DNA from: Treponema sp.
Lineage (GTDB): Bacteria > Spirochaetota > Spirochaetia > Treponematales > Treponemataceae
NCBI GenBank assembly: GCA_017940255.1
Contig: JAGAZB010000009.1
Location: forward strand, 113,167 to 177,166
Direction: 5' to 3'
Length of the DNA stretch: 64,000 nt
Shown: positions 46,031-56,685 of the stretch, in pieces
Layout: every line of letters starts with the position of its first letter
Numbering within the stretch: the stretch's first letter is position 1
Program-made: the position numbers and the translations under genes
The notes under the pieces: model-generated
Database searches by the model: none
What the model was told of the DNA's origin: nothing
The model's input: only the letters and a program-made list of their open reading frames with translations

Positions 46031-46219
46031 CAAATGTAACACAAAAGGTAACAAAATTATTAAAAAACGTGAAAAAAAGCCCATTAAAAAGGGAGTTTTG
46101 AGAAAACCATTAAACAGTAGCCTTTTTAAATAAAACTACTTTCTTCTATATATAACTTAGAATTACAGCCTTTTTCGGCCGCCAGTAAATTCTCATTCTT
46201 AATTATAAATAACATTCAT

Positions 46220-47514
46220 CTAGCAATCAAGAAGTTATCTCGGCAGTAAAAGAAGCTTGCAGAACGTATTCAGAGTATTTTGACCCAATTTATAGTCCAG
46301 ACACTGATGAAACAATGAGTCTTATGGATTATGAAATTCCAGAAGTAAAGGTTCTGGATTTTTCTTCAACAGACATTGATAATTTTAGGGTTTTGTCTGC
46401 AATCAACATGGACCCGTGGTTCCATAACGGCGGAATTATTGCAATTGCGGCTGATCCAAGACAGGCTCAGGAACTTGAGGATATGAAGAATCAGAATATC
46501 CTTATTGTTCAAACACTTCACTCTTTTATTTCTTCATTTAAGCGCCTTATAAAGGTTTTGTGGTCTAATCAGCATATTCTTTTTAATCGTGGTATGCAGG
46601 AAACTATGGGCGGTGTTGAAAGAGGAAACTTTGTTTGTGATAATGATCCTTTAAATGCCCGTCTTTACACTAGTTTTCTTGTAAATTATCTTTATTGTTC
46701 AAATAGAATTGATTCTCACGGACGATATGCCTTGCAGACAACTCTTCAGGAGCTGCTTGCCAATGCAATTGAGCATGGAAACTGTGGAATTACATATGCA
46801 GAAAAAACGCAGTGGCTGGAAAACGGCGGTGATATGCTTGAATTGGTTGATGAAAGACGCAGCCTGCCTGCAAATGCCGAAAAGAAAGTTCACATTTCTT
46901 ATGTGATTTCAAGAAAGTTTTCTACTTTTACAATTAGAGATGAAGGTCTTGGTTTTGACTGGAAGAAACAGATAGATGATTTTGACCCTAACTCTATGGA
47001 AGCTCATGGACGTGGAATTGCACTTTCTATGGGGCTTGTTTCTCAACTTCGTTACAATGATATTGGAAACGAGGTTTCTTTTGATATTGATAATCTTCAG
47101 AATGTTTCTAACAACATTCCGGGAATTATGCTTCCGTTTAAGGCAACTGAATTCCAGAAGGGTGATTATATTTGCAAGAAGGGAGATCTTTCTTCTGATT
47201 TGTTCTTTATAGTTGCCGGTTCTTATGGCGTTTACGCAGGAGAAAAACAGGTTTCACTGCTTACTCCAAAAGATATGTTTATTGGTGAAATGGCATTTTT
47301 GCTGGATGACCGTCGTACGGCAACAATTAAGGCTGAAGAGCCAGGCAAATTAATCTGTATTCCTAAGGTTTCTTTTGTAAATCTAATAAGAAAGAATCCT
47401 CATTATGGAATTTTCCTTTCTAAGCTGCTGGCTCAGCGCGTAATTGACCAGAGAGAAAAATCTGTAAAGCTTCAGCATAGGATTGAAGAACTGGAAGCTA
47501 AAATTAAGGATTAG
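46220..47514 (+). pseudogene. 3' part of the host HATPase-like plus cyclic-nucleotide-binding protein gene interrupted by the prophage
   Basis: ELLANAIEHGN, IRDEGLGFD, HGRGI (HATPase); FIGEMAFL...RTAT (cNMP); frame continuous with 9592-9613, giving 438 aa. Confidence 0.85.
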
Positions 47515-49187
47515 AACAATCCGCTGATTATTCCGTTATCATCAACATCAATATCAAGGGCTGCTGGTGCTTTTGGTAAGCCTGGCATTGTCATAATGTC
47601 GCCTGCGAGGGCAACTACAAAGCCTGCTCCTGCGTAGAGCTGAACATCGCGAACCGGGAACTTGTAGCCGCTTGGGGCGCCAATAAGTTTAGGGTCGTGG
47701 CTGATAGAGTTCTGTGTTTTTGCAATGCAGACTGGAAGCTTTCCGTAGCCTGCATCTTCAAAGTTCTTGAGTTTTTTGAGTGCAGCACTGTCAAAGTCAA
47801 CATCTTCTGCGCGGTAGATTTCTTTTGCAATCTTGCGGATTTTTTCGGTAAGTGGTAAATCAAGTTCATAAAGCTGGTGAAAGTCTGCTTTTCCGCTGTC
47901 TGCAAGCTCGCTTACAGCGCGGGCTAAGTCTGCGGCACCTTCTCCGCCTTTACCCCAGCCTTCACAAAGAACAGCCTTACTTCCAATCTCCTGACACAAC
48001 TTTTCAAGCAGATTAATCTCTTCATCAGTATCCGTAATGAATTTATTTACTGCAACTACAGCCGGCAGTCCAAATTTAGCAATGTTTTCAATGTGAGTCT
48101 TAAGGTTAGCAAAGCCTTTCTTCAAAGCTTCTGTATTCGGAGTTGCCAAATCTGCTTTTGCTACTCCTCCGTGCATCTTAAGCGCGCGGATTGTTGCAAC
48201 AATTACTACAGCACTAGGCTTAAGTCCTGCAGCACGGCACTTTATATCTAAGAATTTTTCTGCTCCTAAGTCTGCAGCAAAACCAGCTTCCGTTACAACA
48301 TAGTCTCCACTGGCAAGTGCGCAAAGTGTTGCGTTTACGCTGTTACAGCCGTGTGCGATATTTGCAAAAGGTCCGCCGTGAATAAATGCCGGGTTCTTTT
48401 CAAGAGTTTGAACCAGGTTAGGCTTAATTACATCTTTAAGAAGGGCTGCAATAGCGCCTGTGCATTTAAGCTGGCCGAAAGTTACGTTTTCACGGGCATA
48501 ATTCTGACCGATTACAATGCGGTCAATGCGTTCCTTGAGTTCAGAAATTGTTCGGCTCAGACAGACAATAGCCATAATTTCAGATGCAACTGCGATACTA
48601 AAGTGGTCTTCACGAGGAACACCCTGAAGTCTTCCGCCAAGGCCAATTGTAATGTTACGCAGAGCGCGGTCGTTTAAGTCTACACAGCGTTTCCAGCTGA
48701 TTGTGCGAGGGTCTATTCCAAGTTCGTTTCCCTGTTGCAGATGATTATCTATGAGGGCTGCAATCAGGTTGTTTGCAATACTGATGGCATGAATATCGCC
48801 GGTAAAATGCAGGTTGATGTCTTCCATCGGAACAATCTGAGCGTATCCGCCACCACAAGCGCCGCCTTTTACACCAAAACAAGGTCCAAGGCTTGGTTCA
48901 CGCAGGGCTACAACTGTCTTCTTTCCGATTTTATTAAGTCCATCGGCAAGTCCAATGCTTACTGTAGATTTTCCTTCTCCGGCAGGAGTTGGTGTGATTG
49001 CAGTTACTAAAATCAGTTTTCCGGGTTTTGTAGCGGCCTTTTCCTGTAAAGCGCGTAATTCATCAAAAGTAATTTTTGCTTTGTAAGGTCCGTAATTTTC
49101 AAGCTTATCAGCACTTATTCCGATTTTTGCCGCAACATCGGCAATTGGAATCATTTTATTTTTCTGAGCGATTTCTATATCTGTCAT
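47511..49187 (-). CDS. fhs: Formate--tetrahydrofolate ligase
   Basis: [35 protein letters not shown] motifs. Confidence 0.97.
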   Translation of the reverse strand: MTDIEIAQKNKMIPIADVAAKIGISADKLENYGPYKAKITFDELRALQEKAATKPGKLILVTAITPTPAGEGKSTVSIGLADGLNKIGKKTVVALREPSLGPCFGVKGGACGGGYAQIVPMEDINLHFTGDIHAISIANNLIAALIDNHLQQGNELGIDPRTISWKRCVDLNDRALRNITIGLGGRLQGVPREDHFSIAVASEIMAIVCLSRTISELKERIDRIVIGQNYARENVTFGQLKCTGAIAALLKDVIKPNLVQTLEKNPAFIHGGPFANIAHGCNSVNATLCALASGDYVVTEAGFAADLGAEKFLDIKCRAAGLKPSAVVIVATIRALKMHGGVAKADLATPNTEALKKGFANLKTHIENIAKFGLPAVVAVNKFITDTDEEINLLEKLCQEIGSKAVLCEGWGKGGEGAADLARAVSELADSGKADFHQLYELDLPLTEKIRKIAKEIYRAEDVDFDSAALKKLKNFEDAGYGKLPVCIAKTQNSISHDPKLIGAPSGYKFPVRDVQLYAGAGFVVALAGDIMTMPGLPKAPAALDIDVDDNGIISGLF

Positions 49188-49253
49188 AGCATTATTTTAT
49201 CTGATTATGGTATTTTTAACAAGAAGCTCATTTTTCTAGCGTTACTTATTATA

Positions 49254-49991
49254 TTACACCAGCTTTGCCAAGTCTTCTTCGTAAAGTTCCTTGTATTCGC
49301 CAGGTTTTAGTGACGGGTCAAGTTCCAGCCTTCCCATAGAGATTCTCTTGAGAAAGGCTATTTTATTTCCTACGGCAATAAACATACGTTTAACCTGATG
49401 ATACTTACCTTCGTAGATTGTAAGGCAGGCAGTGCTTTCGTCAATCCACTTAATCTGGGCGGGTTCGCAGGTAAAACCCGGGTCATTGTCATCGGGGCCC
49501 ACTTCTATACCAGCGGCAAACAGGCGGGTGATTTCTGACTGGTGCTCAGGACTTTCGGGGTGCTCCAGGCAGCAGAGGTATGTTTTGTTTACGTGAGACT
49601 TCGGAGAAATAAGGCGATGTGTCAACTCGCCGTCTGTGGTGAATAAAAGAAGTCCCTCGGTATCCATGTCCAGGCGCCCCACAAGATGCAGGTGATCCTG
49701 CAGGTAAGGGGTTCGGTATTTATCATCCAAAAGATCAAAAACTGTCTGATGCTCACCGTCTTTATTCGAAGAAACTACGTGCTGTGGTTTATTCATCATA
49801 AGGTAAAGTTCTCCATGCAGATTCAGAACTTCGCCGTCTACAGAAACTTCGTCTTTTTCGGTGTCAATTTGAAAGCTTGAGTCAAAAATTTGAGTGCCGT
49901 TTACAAGCACTTCCGCCTTTCGCAAAAGTTTTTTTATATCTTTGCGGGAACCAAATCCCTCATGCGCTAAAATTTTATCTATACGTTCCAT
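49254..49991 (-). CDS. RsuA-family pseudouridine synthase
   Basis: S4-like N-terminus; VGRLDMDTEGLLL; EGKYHQVKRM. Confidence 0.93.
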   Translation of the reverse strand: MERIDKILAHEGFGSRKDIKKLLRKAEVLVNGTQIFDSSFQIDTEKDEVSVDGEVLNLHGELYLMMNKPQHVVSSNKDGEHQTVFDLLDDKYRTPYLQDHLHLVGRLDMDTEGLLLFTTDGELTHRLISPKSHVNKTYLCCLEHPESPEHQSEITRLFAAGIEVGPDDNDPGFTCEPAQIKWIDESTACLTIYEGKYHQVKRMFIAVGNKIAFLKRISMGRLELDPSLKPGEYKELYEEDLAKLV

Positions 49992-50006
49992 ATTTTTATC
50001 CAAAAG

Positions 50007-51056
50007 TTATTCAACAATCCTAAAAAGCATATTTTCCAGATCAAACTGGAGTATTTTGTCTTTAAAAAAAGGATACCCGATATTGTTAGATGAGGCAATA
50101 ATCAGGCGGGAAAGCGGGCCTGTGTGCGTGTGGCGGTCGGTGATTTTTAGGGCGCGGACATTTTCCCAGACAACCTTTCCTAGAATAAAACTTTCTGCAT
50201 TGTTATATTCGCCGTCAGTTTCGGGGAGATTTATCTGACAGATTTCTTTGTAGTAGTCAGAAAATGTTATCTTTTCATCATCCATAAGAGAGAGCATTTT
50301 ATCGCGGTCGAAGACAGGTTCCCGCAAGGTAAAAACTTCGGAGCCTGTATCCAAAAGTGCGTAGTCATTTTGACCATTAATTGTGACTGGTGCAAAATAG
50401 TGCCCCGTCGCCGAAAAATACCTGAGCGCCACCGCGTCTCCGCAAATTGCCGCCCCGTCCAGCTCCACGTACCCTTCCTTGTAGTTAAAAGTAATCCGCT
50501 TAGCGTCCCCAAAAAAAGCAAATCCTATAGTTCCATCGTTTTCCGCCTCCCCGTAGTTTTCGCTTTCAGCAGGGCAGTAGCTGAATTCTGCAGGCGGCAG
50601 TGCAACCTGACCTTTTGAAGTTTTCACAACAAGACCTGCTGTCGTAAAATCTGTGTTCAATTTTCTAAGATGTTTTTCTTTTAAGAGGTCAATCTCAGAC
50701 CCGGTGCACTCATCAATTTCTTTGCCCGTAAGTTCAGAAAAATGTCTGAAGAAATACGATTCACGCTCAAGCTGGGTAGACTCGTAATTACTTCCCTGTA
50801 ATTTTTTGAAGCCCCGGGAAGTAACTCCTGCTTTTTTATCGGGGCAGCCCGAATCAAAATTAAAGTGAAGTGGAATATTTTCGTCTGTGTAAAATGTTAA
50901 GATTACGTGGTGGTGAGAATCCAGGTCAAAGGGAATGCGAATACCTTCCTGAATCTTTGTCGCTGGGCGTGAAGAAACGCAGGCTGCCAGAAGTGTTAGC
51001 ACTGTAAGTAGAGCAACTGATAGACCTGCGCTTTTTATGTGTGACTTATTTTTCAA
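50007..51056 (-). CDS. Lipoprotein with retropepsin-like aspartyl protease motifs
   Basis: LAAC lipobox; FDSG and LLDTGS motifs. Confidence 0.65.
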   Translation of the reverse strand: MKNKSHIKSAGLSVALLTVLTLLAACVSSRPATKIQEGIRIPFDLDSHHHVILTFYTDENIPLHFNFDSGCPDKKAGVTSRGFKKLQGSNYESTQLERESYFFRHFSELTGKEIDECTGSEIDLLKEKHLRKLNTDFTTAGLVVKTSKGQVALPPAEFSYCPAESENYGEAENDGTIGFAFFGDAKRITFNYKEGYVELDGAAICGDAVALRYFSATGHYFAPVTINGQNDYALLDTGSEVFTLREPVFDRDKMLSLMDDEKITFSDYYKEICQINLPETDGEYNNAESFILGKVVWENVRALKITDRHTHTGPLSRLIIASSNNIGYPFFKDKILQFDLENMLFRIVE

Positions 51057-51057
51057 A

Positions 51058-52419
51058 CTACTTTCTTTCTGTAAAAGGAATGAAGGCCCTTTCGCTCATA
51101 ACATTCTTGTAAGCAGGACGGTAGATTCTTCCTCCGCTTACAATCTCTTCTATGCGGTGAGCAGACCAACCTGCAATTCGGGAAATTGCAAAGATTGGAG
51201 TAAAGAGTTCGCGTGGAATGTTGAGCATTGTGTAAACAAAGCCTGAATACAAGTCTACGTTTGCACAAATCCTCTTATCTGAATTGTGAACTTCCTGAAT
51301 AATGCCCGGTGTTACACGTTCAATTAAATCATAAAGTTCAAATTCTTCCATGCAGCCTTTTTCTTTTGCAAGTTCCTTTGCCTTTGCCTTGAGCAGAACT
51401 TCACGAGGGTCGTTGATTGTATAAACTGCGTGTCCCATTCCGTATACAAGTCCTGAATGGTCGAAGGCTTCTTTTGTGGCAATTTTTCTGATATAGTCTG
51501 AAACTTCTTTTTCGCTGCTCCAGTCTTTTACGTTTGCCTTGATGTCATCCATCATTTCTACTACGCGGATATTTGCACCACCATGACGGCTTCCCTTAAG
51601 GGAACCAATTGCGGCGGCGATGGCAGAGTAAGTATCTGTATCAGCTGATGAAACAACATGAACTGTAAGAGAAGAGTTGTTACCACCACCATGCTCTGCG
51701 TGCAGAATAAGAGCCAGGTCAAGAGTTTCTGCTTCAAGACGGCTGTATTGCTTGTCTGAACGAATCAGGCGCAAAAAGTTTTCTGAAGTAGAAAGCTCTG
51801 GCTTTGGGTTGTGAATAAACATACTCTTGTTGTCGTAGTAACGGCGTTTTGCCTGATAGCCGTAAGCTGCAAGAGTAGAGAAGCGGGCAATCAGCTGTAC
51901 ACACTGTTTTACGATGTTGCCGATGTTGCGGTTTTCTGGATCATCATCATAAGAATAGCTTGCAAGAACACCGCGGGCCATTTTATTCATAATGTTGTTT
52001 GAAGGTGCCTTCATAATCATGTCTTCAACGAAGTTGTTTGGGAGGGCACGGTATTTTCCAAGGTAATTATTAAAGCGTTCCAGCTGATCTTTTGTTGGCA
52101 GTTCTCCAAAAAGAAGCAGATAAGCACACTGTTCGTAACCAAACTGCTTGTTTTTTTCTGCGTCTTTAATAAGTTCTTCTACGTTATAGCCGCGGTAAAC
52201 AAGGCGGCCTGGTACGGCAATTTTCTGTCCGTCTTTGATTTCGTAACCAACTACATCACCAATGTGGGTAAGACCAACAAGTACACCGGTTCCGTTTTCG
52301 TTTCGGAGTCCTCGTTTTACATCATATTTTTTATAGAGGGCGGGATCTATAGGGTCGTTTAATACAGCAAGTTTTTCAAACTTTTTGATAAGACTCTGCT
52401 CTTCTCTTTCTTCTGACAT
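51058..52419 (-). CDS. gltA: Citrate synthase
   Basis: LHAEHGGGNNS, HGGAN, GMGHAVY, ANVDLYSG, RIAGWSAH motifs. Confidence 0.93.
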   Translation of the reverse strand: MSEEREEQSLIKKFEKLAVLNDPIDPALYKKYDVKRGLRNENGTGVLVGLTHIGDVVGYEIKDGQKIAVPGRLVYRGYNVEELIKDAEKNKQFGYEQCAYLLLFGELPTKDQLERFNNYLGKYRALPNNFVEDMIMKAPSNNIMNKMARGVLASYSYDDDPENRNIGNIVKQCVQLIARFSTLAAYGYQAKRRYYDNKSMFIHNPKPELSTSENFLRLIRSDKQYSRLEAETLDLALILHAEHGGGNNSSLTVHVVSSADTDTYSAIAAAIGSLKGSRHGGANIRVVEMMDDIKANVKDWSSEKEVSDYIRKIATKEAFDHSGLVYGMGHAVYTINDPREVLLKAKAKELAKEKGCMEEFELYDLIERVTPGIIQEVHNSDKRICANVDLYSGFVYTMLNIPRELFTPIFAISRIAGWSAHRIEEIVSGGRIYRPAYKNVMSERAFIPFTERK

Positions 52420-52532
52420 ATTGAATCCTCCATTGGTTTTTATGTATAAATATGCACTTTCTATGCTAGTAAATTACATAATTATACAAAAAAGTGGGGG
52501 ATTTGTGCAAGTAGAAAATGATTGCTATTTAT

Positions 52533-52559
52533 CACCGGCCGCCTACCGGGCGGCCTTAC
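52533..52559. repeat. 27-nt GC-rich palindromic repeat, copy 1
   Basis: CACCGGCCGCCTACCGGGCGGCCTTAC, identical to 59187-59213. Confidence 0.8.
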
Positions 52560-53168
52560 TCATTTTACAAAGCGCTGTGCGGGAGTGACTACCCAGATAG
52601 CTTCAAGGTCGGTGTCGCCTATGTTTTCTATAACGTGAGGGGCGCCGGCTGAGTAAGATACAGAGTCGCCTTCTTCAAGAATGTATTCTTTTCCGTCGTA
52701 GGCAAGCTTTGCCTTTCCGCGAATAATAATCCCCATTTCATAGCCGATATGACCATAAGAGCCTCGGTGAGTGTGGGCTCCGTAAGGAATTTTTACAGCG
52801 TAGGTTTCTATGTCGTTATCCTTAGAAGATGGAGTAGGGCGTGGAAGCTCCTGGTAAATAACTTCGTCTTCATGAATAGAAGGACGCTCGTTATTGCGGA
52901 TAATTGTTACAGGGCGTTCACGCTTGTATTCTTCAAACAGATATTCCAGATTGATGTCTAAAACATCTGCAAGTGCCAAAAGTGTATCAATCGCTGGTGA
53001 AACATGGTTTCTTTCAATCTGAGAAACAAGACTTTCACTTACACCGGCTCTCTGGGCAACAACCTTTAAGGTATAGCCTTTATGCTCACGCACTTCGCGC
53101 AATTTTTCGCCAAAGTGGTAAGGCTTTTTTTTCTGTTTAGGCTCATCAAGATTTTGCGAAGGTGTCAT
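52560..53168 (-). CDS. XRE-family regulator with cupin domain
   Basis: TLKVVAQRAGVSESLVSQIER HTH; LEEGDSV...PH cupin. Confidence 0.9.
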   Translation of the reverse strand: MTPSQNLDEPKQKKKPYHFGEKLREVREHKGYTLKVVAQRAGVSESLVSQIERNHVSPAIDTLLALADVLDINLEYLFEEYKRERPVTIIRNNERPSIHEDEVIYQELPRPTPSSKDNDIETYAVKIPYGAHTHRGSYGHIGYEMGIIIRGKAKLAYDGKEYILEEGDSVSYSAGAPHVIENIGDTDLEAIWVVTPAQRFVK

Positions 53169-54261
53169 TATTTTGTTTCTCCTTATTAAGGGCCGTTACA
53201 AACTGAATAAAGTAGTCTTCAAGTGTTTTGTGCGGGCCGTCAAGCTTCATGCGGGCTCGTGCTCGGGCATTGTCTCGGCGAACTGTATACATCGAGTAAA
53301 AATCTCTGTAGTCCAAACCAGCATCTGCTTTTACGTGTTCGCCTAAGAATTTAGAAACTTCATCACGTCCGATTGCAGGAATACCCTGTGTTTTTAATAT
53401 AGTTCTAAGATTTTGAATCTGTTCGGTTGAAATACCAAAGAGGAATTCCTCCATGGCCTGGGAAACTCCGTCTTCTCCCATTTTCTGCTTAATAAAGCTA
53501 ATCCACTGGTCGTCCATCTGCATAGAAATAAGCAGAAGTTCACTTGTTCCCATCATTGTACCAAAAGCAGGTGCTAAACGGCGGCGGGCCATCCATACAG
53601 ACTGCAAAACCGGTGCAACATTTTCTGTGGTCTGGTCATTCCAGTGTTCCCACAAAAGCAGGAGAGAAAGTGCCCATTCCCGGCGGAATTCAATTGGTTG
53701 TGTTTCATCAGAAATAAGATTGAGGTAGACATCTTCTGCCAGCAGAGAAAACATAGAAAGGTTTGTTTCTGTGTCCAGCGCTTTAGACAGGCTGTCGAAT
53801 TCTTTGCCCATGTGTTTTGCAAACTTTGCAAGGTCAGAAAGTGTGTGAGTCTTTGCAACCAGAAGGCTTTTGCCCAAGACGGCCTTTGAAGGAAGGCGGA
53901 GTATTCTGTCACCATCATCATGGTGTTTAATCAGCGATTCAATTAAAGTTGCACGAGTTCTGGTTCCTCCTGCCAGTTCCTGTCGTTCCAAAAGAGAAGG
54001 GAAGCGGGCAATTGAAGCTGCCATAGATTCCAGATCTGCAATTCTGTTAATATAAATTTCGTAGTGTTCTTTATCAGTTTGAGAAATAAGAGGAAGAACC
54101 TGATTAAGTAAATCAAGCTGTCTTTTTGTGAATGTTTCAACTTTATCTGCTGGAGCAAATTCGCTTTTTTCCTGAGTTTCTAGAAAATTACTTATATCGA
54201 CATTTTCGAACTGTTCCGAGTCAATTTTGCCAGTCATGTTATTTTCAGATGATTCCATCAA
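53146..54261 (-). CDS. Conserved hypothetical protein
   Basis: 371-aa ORF; no recognisable motif. Confidence 0.75.
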   Translation of the reverse strand: MMESSENNMTGKIDSEQFENVDISNFLETQEKSEFAPADKVETFTKRQLDLLNQVLPLISQTDKEHYEIYINRIADLESMAASIARFPSLLERQELAGGTRTRATLIESLIKHHDDGDRILRLPSKAVLGKSLLVAKTHTLSDLAKFAKHMGKEFDSLSKALDTETNLSMFSLLAEDVYLNLISDETQPIEFRREWALSLLLLWEHWNDQTTENVAPVLQSVWMARRRLAPAFGTMMGTSELLLISMQMDDQWISFIKQKMGEDGVSQAMEEFLFGISTEQIQNLRTILKTQGIPAIGRDEVSKFLGEHVKADAGLDYRDFYSMYTVRRDNARARARMKLDGPHKTLEDYFIQFVTALNKEKQNNDTFAKS

Positions 54262-54345
54262 AGTTCCAGTTTAATAATATTACATTTTTTTATCTATACT
54301 ATATTATAAATCAATTTTTTTATTTGTCTAGTCGATAATAAAGAT

Positions 54346-55677
54346 ATGAAAACATTGAAAAATAAAGTTTATATAATAAGTGTTCTCTTATTTTCCCTCA
54401 TTTCTTCTTTTTCTTTTGCTCAGAATGTAAATGAGTCGCAGTTTATGATTTATTCAGAAGAACAGCAGAAACTGCGCATTACTGCAGAAAATGTCCGTAT
54501 AATTCCAGAGGCAGATAAAGAAAAGGGTGGTTATCATCTTTATGTAAAAAAACTGCCAAATGTAAATTCCATCATGCTTACAGAAACTGCAAAAGATCCT
54601 AGCGGGGTAAATGATAGTTTTGCCTATCGCGCCAAGGAGTATAATCCTGTAAATGGTGATGAGCTACGCTATCTTGATGGAAAACCTCTTGATTCAGATA
54701 CAGCAAGATTTAGTCTTATAGATTCCACACCAGAAGATACTGATTTTTTTGGACCTGCCTTCCATATTTATATTCCTGAAGTTATTGTTTACGGTCACGA
54801 ATGGAGCCGTTATGGCGAGGTAACTATTGGTAAGGGGACTTTTATAAATATCCGGTCTTTTGAAAAAGCTTATGGTGATTATTCCGGGGCTTTTATGGAC
54901 AGTCCTTTTATGTTTGACTTAAAAATCCGTAAACGAGTGGTTAAGAAAACGCCTGCACCAAAGCCAGAGCTTCCTCCTATTGAAGATAAATTCCTTGACG
55001 AACCAATTCCTGAGCCGGAACCAGAGCCAGAAACAGAACCAGAGCCTGAGCCCGAAATTGAGCCTGAAACAATTCTTACAGATGACTATAACCCGATTGC
55101 AAGTGATATGTTCAAAGAGATTTCTGAAGATATGCTTTATTCAAAAGGTGAAAGAAATCTGGTTGATGATATTTGTTCTATTTTGGATGGAATAAAAAAC
55201 AAAGAAAATCTTGATGTTGTGTTTGCGATTGATGCAACAGGAAGTATGAAAAATGATATTGATAAACTTAAAACTGATTTAATACCAACTCTGCTTGAAA
55301 AATTTAATGGAATTCAGGGAACAAGATTTGGTCTGCTTTTTTATCGTGATTATGGCGATACATTCCGATACATGGATCTGCCTGTAAAAGTTTACAGTTT
55401 TACCACAAATCTGAACAGTTTTAACAAAAATCTTAATGCTTTACGAATCAACGGAAAAGAAGGTGGAGATATTCCTGAGGCTGTTTATGAAGCTCTTTAT
55501 GCCTCATGTGCTTTTTACAGTTGGCGAGCAGATTCAGAAAAAATTATTATTCTGATAGGTGATGCAGAACCTCATCCTACTCCACGAAACAGCGGAAAAT
55601 ATTCAAAGGATTATGTTATGGGAATTGCAGAATCGAATAACATCAAAGTGCATTCAATTCTGCTCCCAAAAGATTAA
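54346..55677 (+). CDS. Exported VWA-domain protein with Pro-Glu linker
   Basis: Signal peptide; PEPEPE repeats; DVVFAIDATGSM MIDAS motif; GGDIPE; IGDAEPH. Confidence 0.88.
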   Translation: MKTLKNKVYIISVLLFSLISSFSFAQNVNESQFMIYSEEQQKLRITAENVRIIPEADKEKGGYHLYVKKLPNVNSIMLTETAKDPSGVNDSFAYRAKEYNPVNGDELRYLDGKPLDSDTARFSLIDSTPEDTDFFGPAFHIYIPEVIVYGHEWSRYGEVTIGKGTFINIRSFEKAYGDYSGAFMDSPFMFDLKIRKRVVKKTPAPKPELPPIEDKFLDEPIPEPEPEPETEPEPEPEIEPETILTDDYNPIASDMFKEISEDMLYSKGERNLVDDICSILDGIKNKENLDVVFAIDATGSMKNDIDKLKTDLIPTLLEKFNGIQGTRFGLLFYRDYGDTFRYMDLPVKVYSFTTNLNSFNKNLNALRINGKEGGDIPEAVYEALYASCAFYSWRADSEKIIILIGDAEPHPTPRNSGKYSKDYVMGIAESNNIKVHSILLPKD

Positions 55678-55681
55678 TTTA

Positions 55682-56071
55682 TTAGTTCTTTTTATAGCGT
55701 TCTGGAATTTTTGCCATTCCTATTTCTGCAAGCTTTTTATATGCAGGAGGAATTGCATTTCCAAGTGAGTCATACATCTGCAGTAATTCAGAAAATGCAT
55801 TGTAAGCGTTTTCGTATTTCTTCTGTTTAAGATAAACGTTTCCAATTTCATATTTTGCTTCTGCATAGATTGCAGGATTATTACCGTAGCGTTCAATTGC
55901 AATTTCATAACAGTAAATTGCAGAATTATAAGAATTGCTGCTTGCGGCATTCTGGCCCATCTGAATTATCTGAGCAGATGTTTTTTCTTCTGGAATTTCT
56001 TTTATGGTATTGCATGAGGTCATAAAAAGAATAAGACCTAAAGATGAAAGAATAAGAGCTGTTTTTTTCAT
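55682..56071 (-). CDS. TPR lipoprotein
   Basis: MTSC lipobox; AKYEIGNVYLKQKKY TPR. Confidence 0.8.
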   Translation of the reverse strand: MKKTALILSSLGLILFMTSCNTIKEIPEEKTSAQIIQMGQNAASSNSYNSAIYCYEIAIERYGNNPAIYAEAKYEIGNVYLKQKKYENAYNAFSELLQMYDSLGNAIPPAYKKLAEIGMAKIPERYKKN

Positions 56072-56265
56072 AGTTGCTGTAGTTTACCTCATAATTTGTT
56101 CGATTTCAATAAGTGAAACTTTGTTGAAATTTTAGTGTAGAATCATTATGATAGTGTTACTATCATTTAAGCACTTTTTGCGTAGCAAAAATGCGTGAAT
56201 CAAACAGTGGCGTTCGCGACATTGTTTGATTTGAAATAAGATTCTATATCTGGTAGAATAAAACG

Positions 56266-56685
56266 ATGAAAAAAAATATTTTCTACAGCCCGATTTTTGC
56301 TTTATTTTTTGTGTTAATCAGCGTTTTTTCAGGCTGTGCTTCTGTTCCATCAGATAGTTCTTATATTGAAAAAAAACAACCAGAAAAAAAGTTACAGTAT
56401 GATGACTGGAAGTACATGGGTTTTGGTCATCAGATTCCGCTGTGGGTAGAGCCTGCAATTAACGGAAATATTGCAAAGGTAAAAAAAGCGGTAGAAGAAT
56501 TATCTGATGCAGAGATTCTTGTGCTTTCTGCCCGTGGAGTAAATATTGATCAGGCCGAAGAGGCCTTACAGGAACTGGAAATTCCTGAAAATTATACAGT
56601 TTATGATTCATTCTGGGTACGTCAGTCTTCTTCAAGCGACAAGCCCTATATTGCAGTTGCAATTTATAAGGAGGATGTGAAATGA
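56266..56685 (+). CDS. Lipoprotein
   Basis: FSGC lipobox. Confidence 0.75.
   Translation: MKKNIFYSPIFALFFVLISVFSGCASVPSDSSYIEKKQPEKKLQYDDWKYMGFGHQIPLWVEPAINGNIAKVKKAVEELSDAEILVLSARGVNIDQAEEALQELEIPENYTVYDSFWVRQSSSSDKPYIAVAIYKEDVK

Larger units (their letters stand above)
9614..46214. mobile_element. Complete Mu-like transposable prophage (36,601 bp, non-contractile tail) carrying a DGR
   Basis: Ends TGT (9614) and ACA (46214); TTCAT duplicated at 9609-9613 and 46215-46219; MuA/MuB, Gam, GemA, terminase, portal, MuF, protease and capsid genes. Confidence 0.95.

Noticed and set aside
55000-55070. GAGCC(A/T/G)GA tandem repeats
   Set aside because: They encode an ordinary Pro-Glu linker in the VWA protein.
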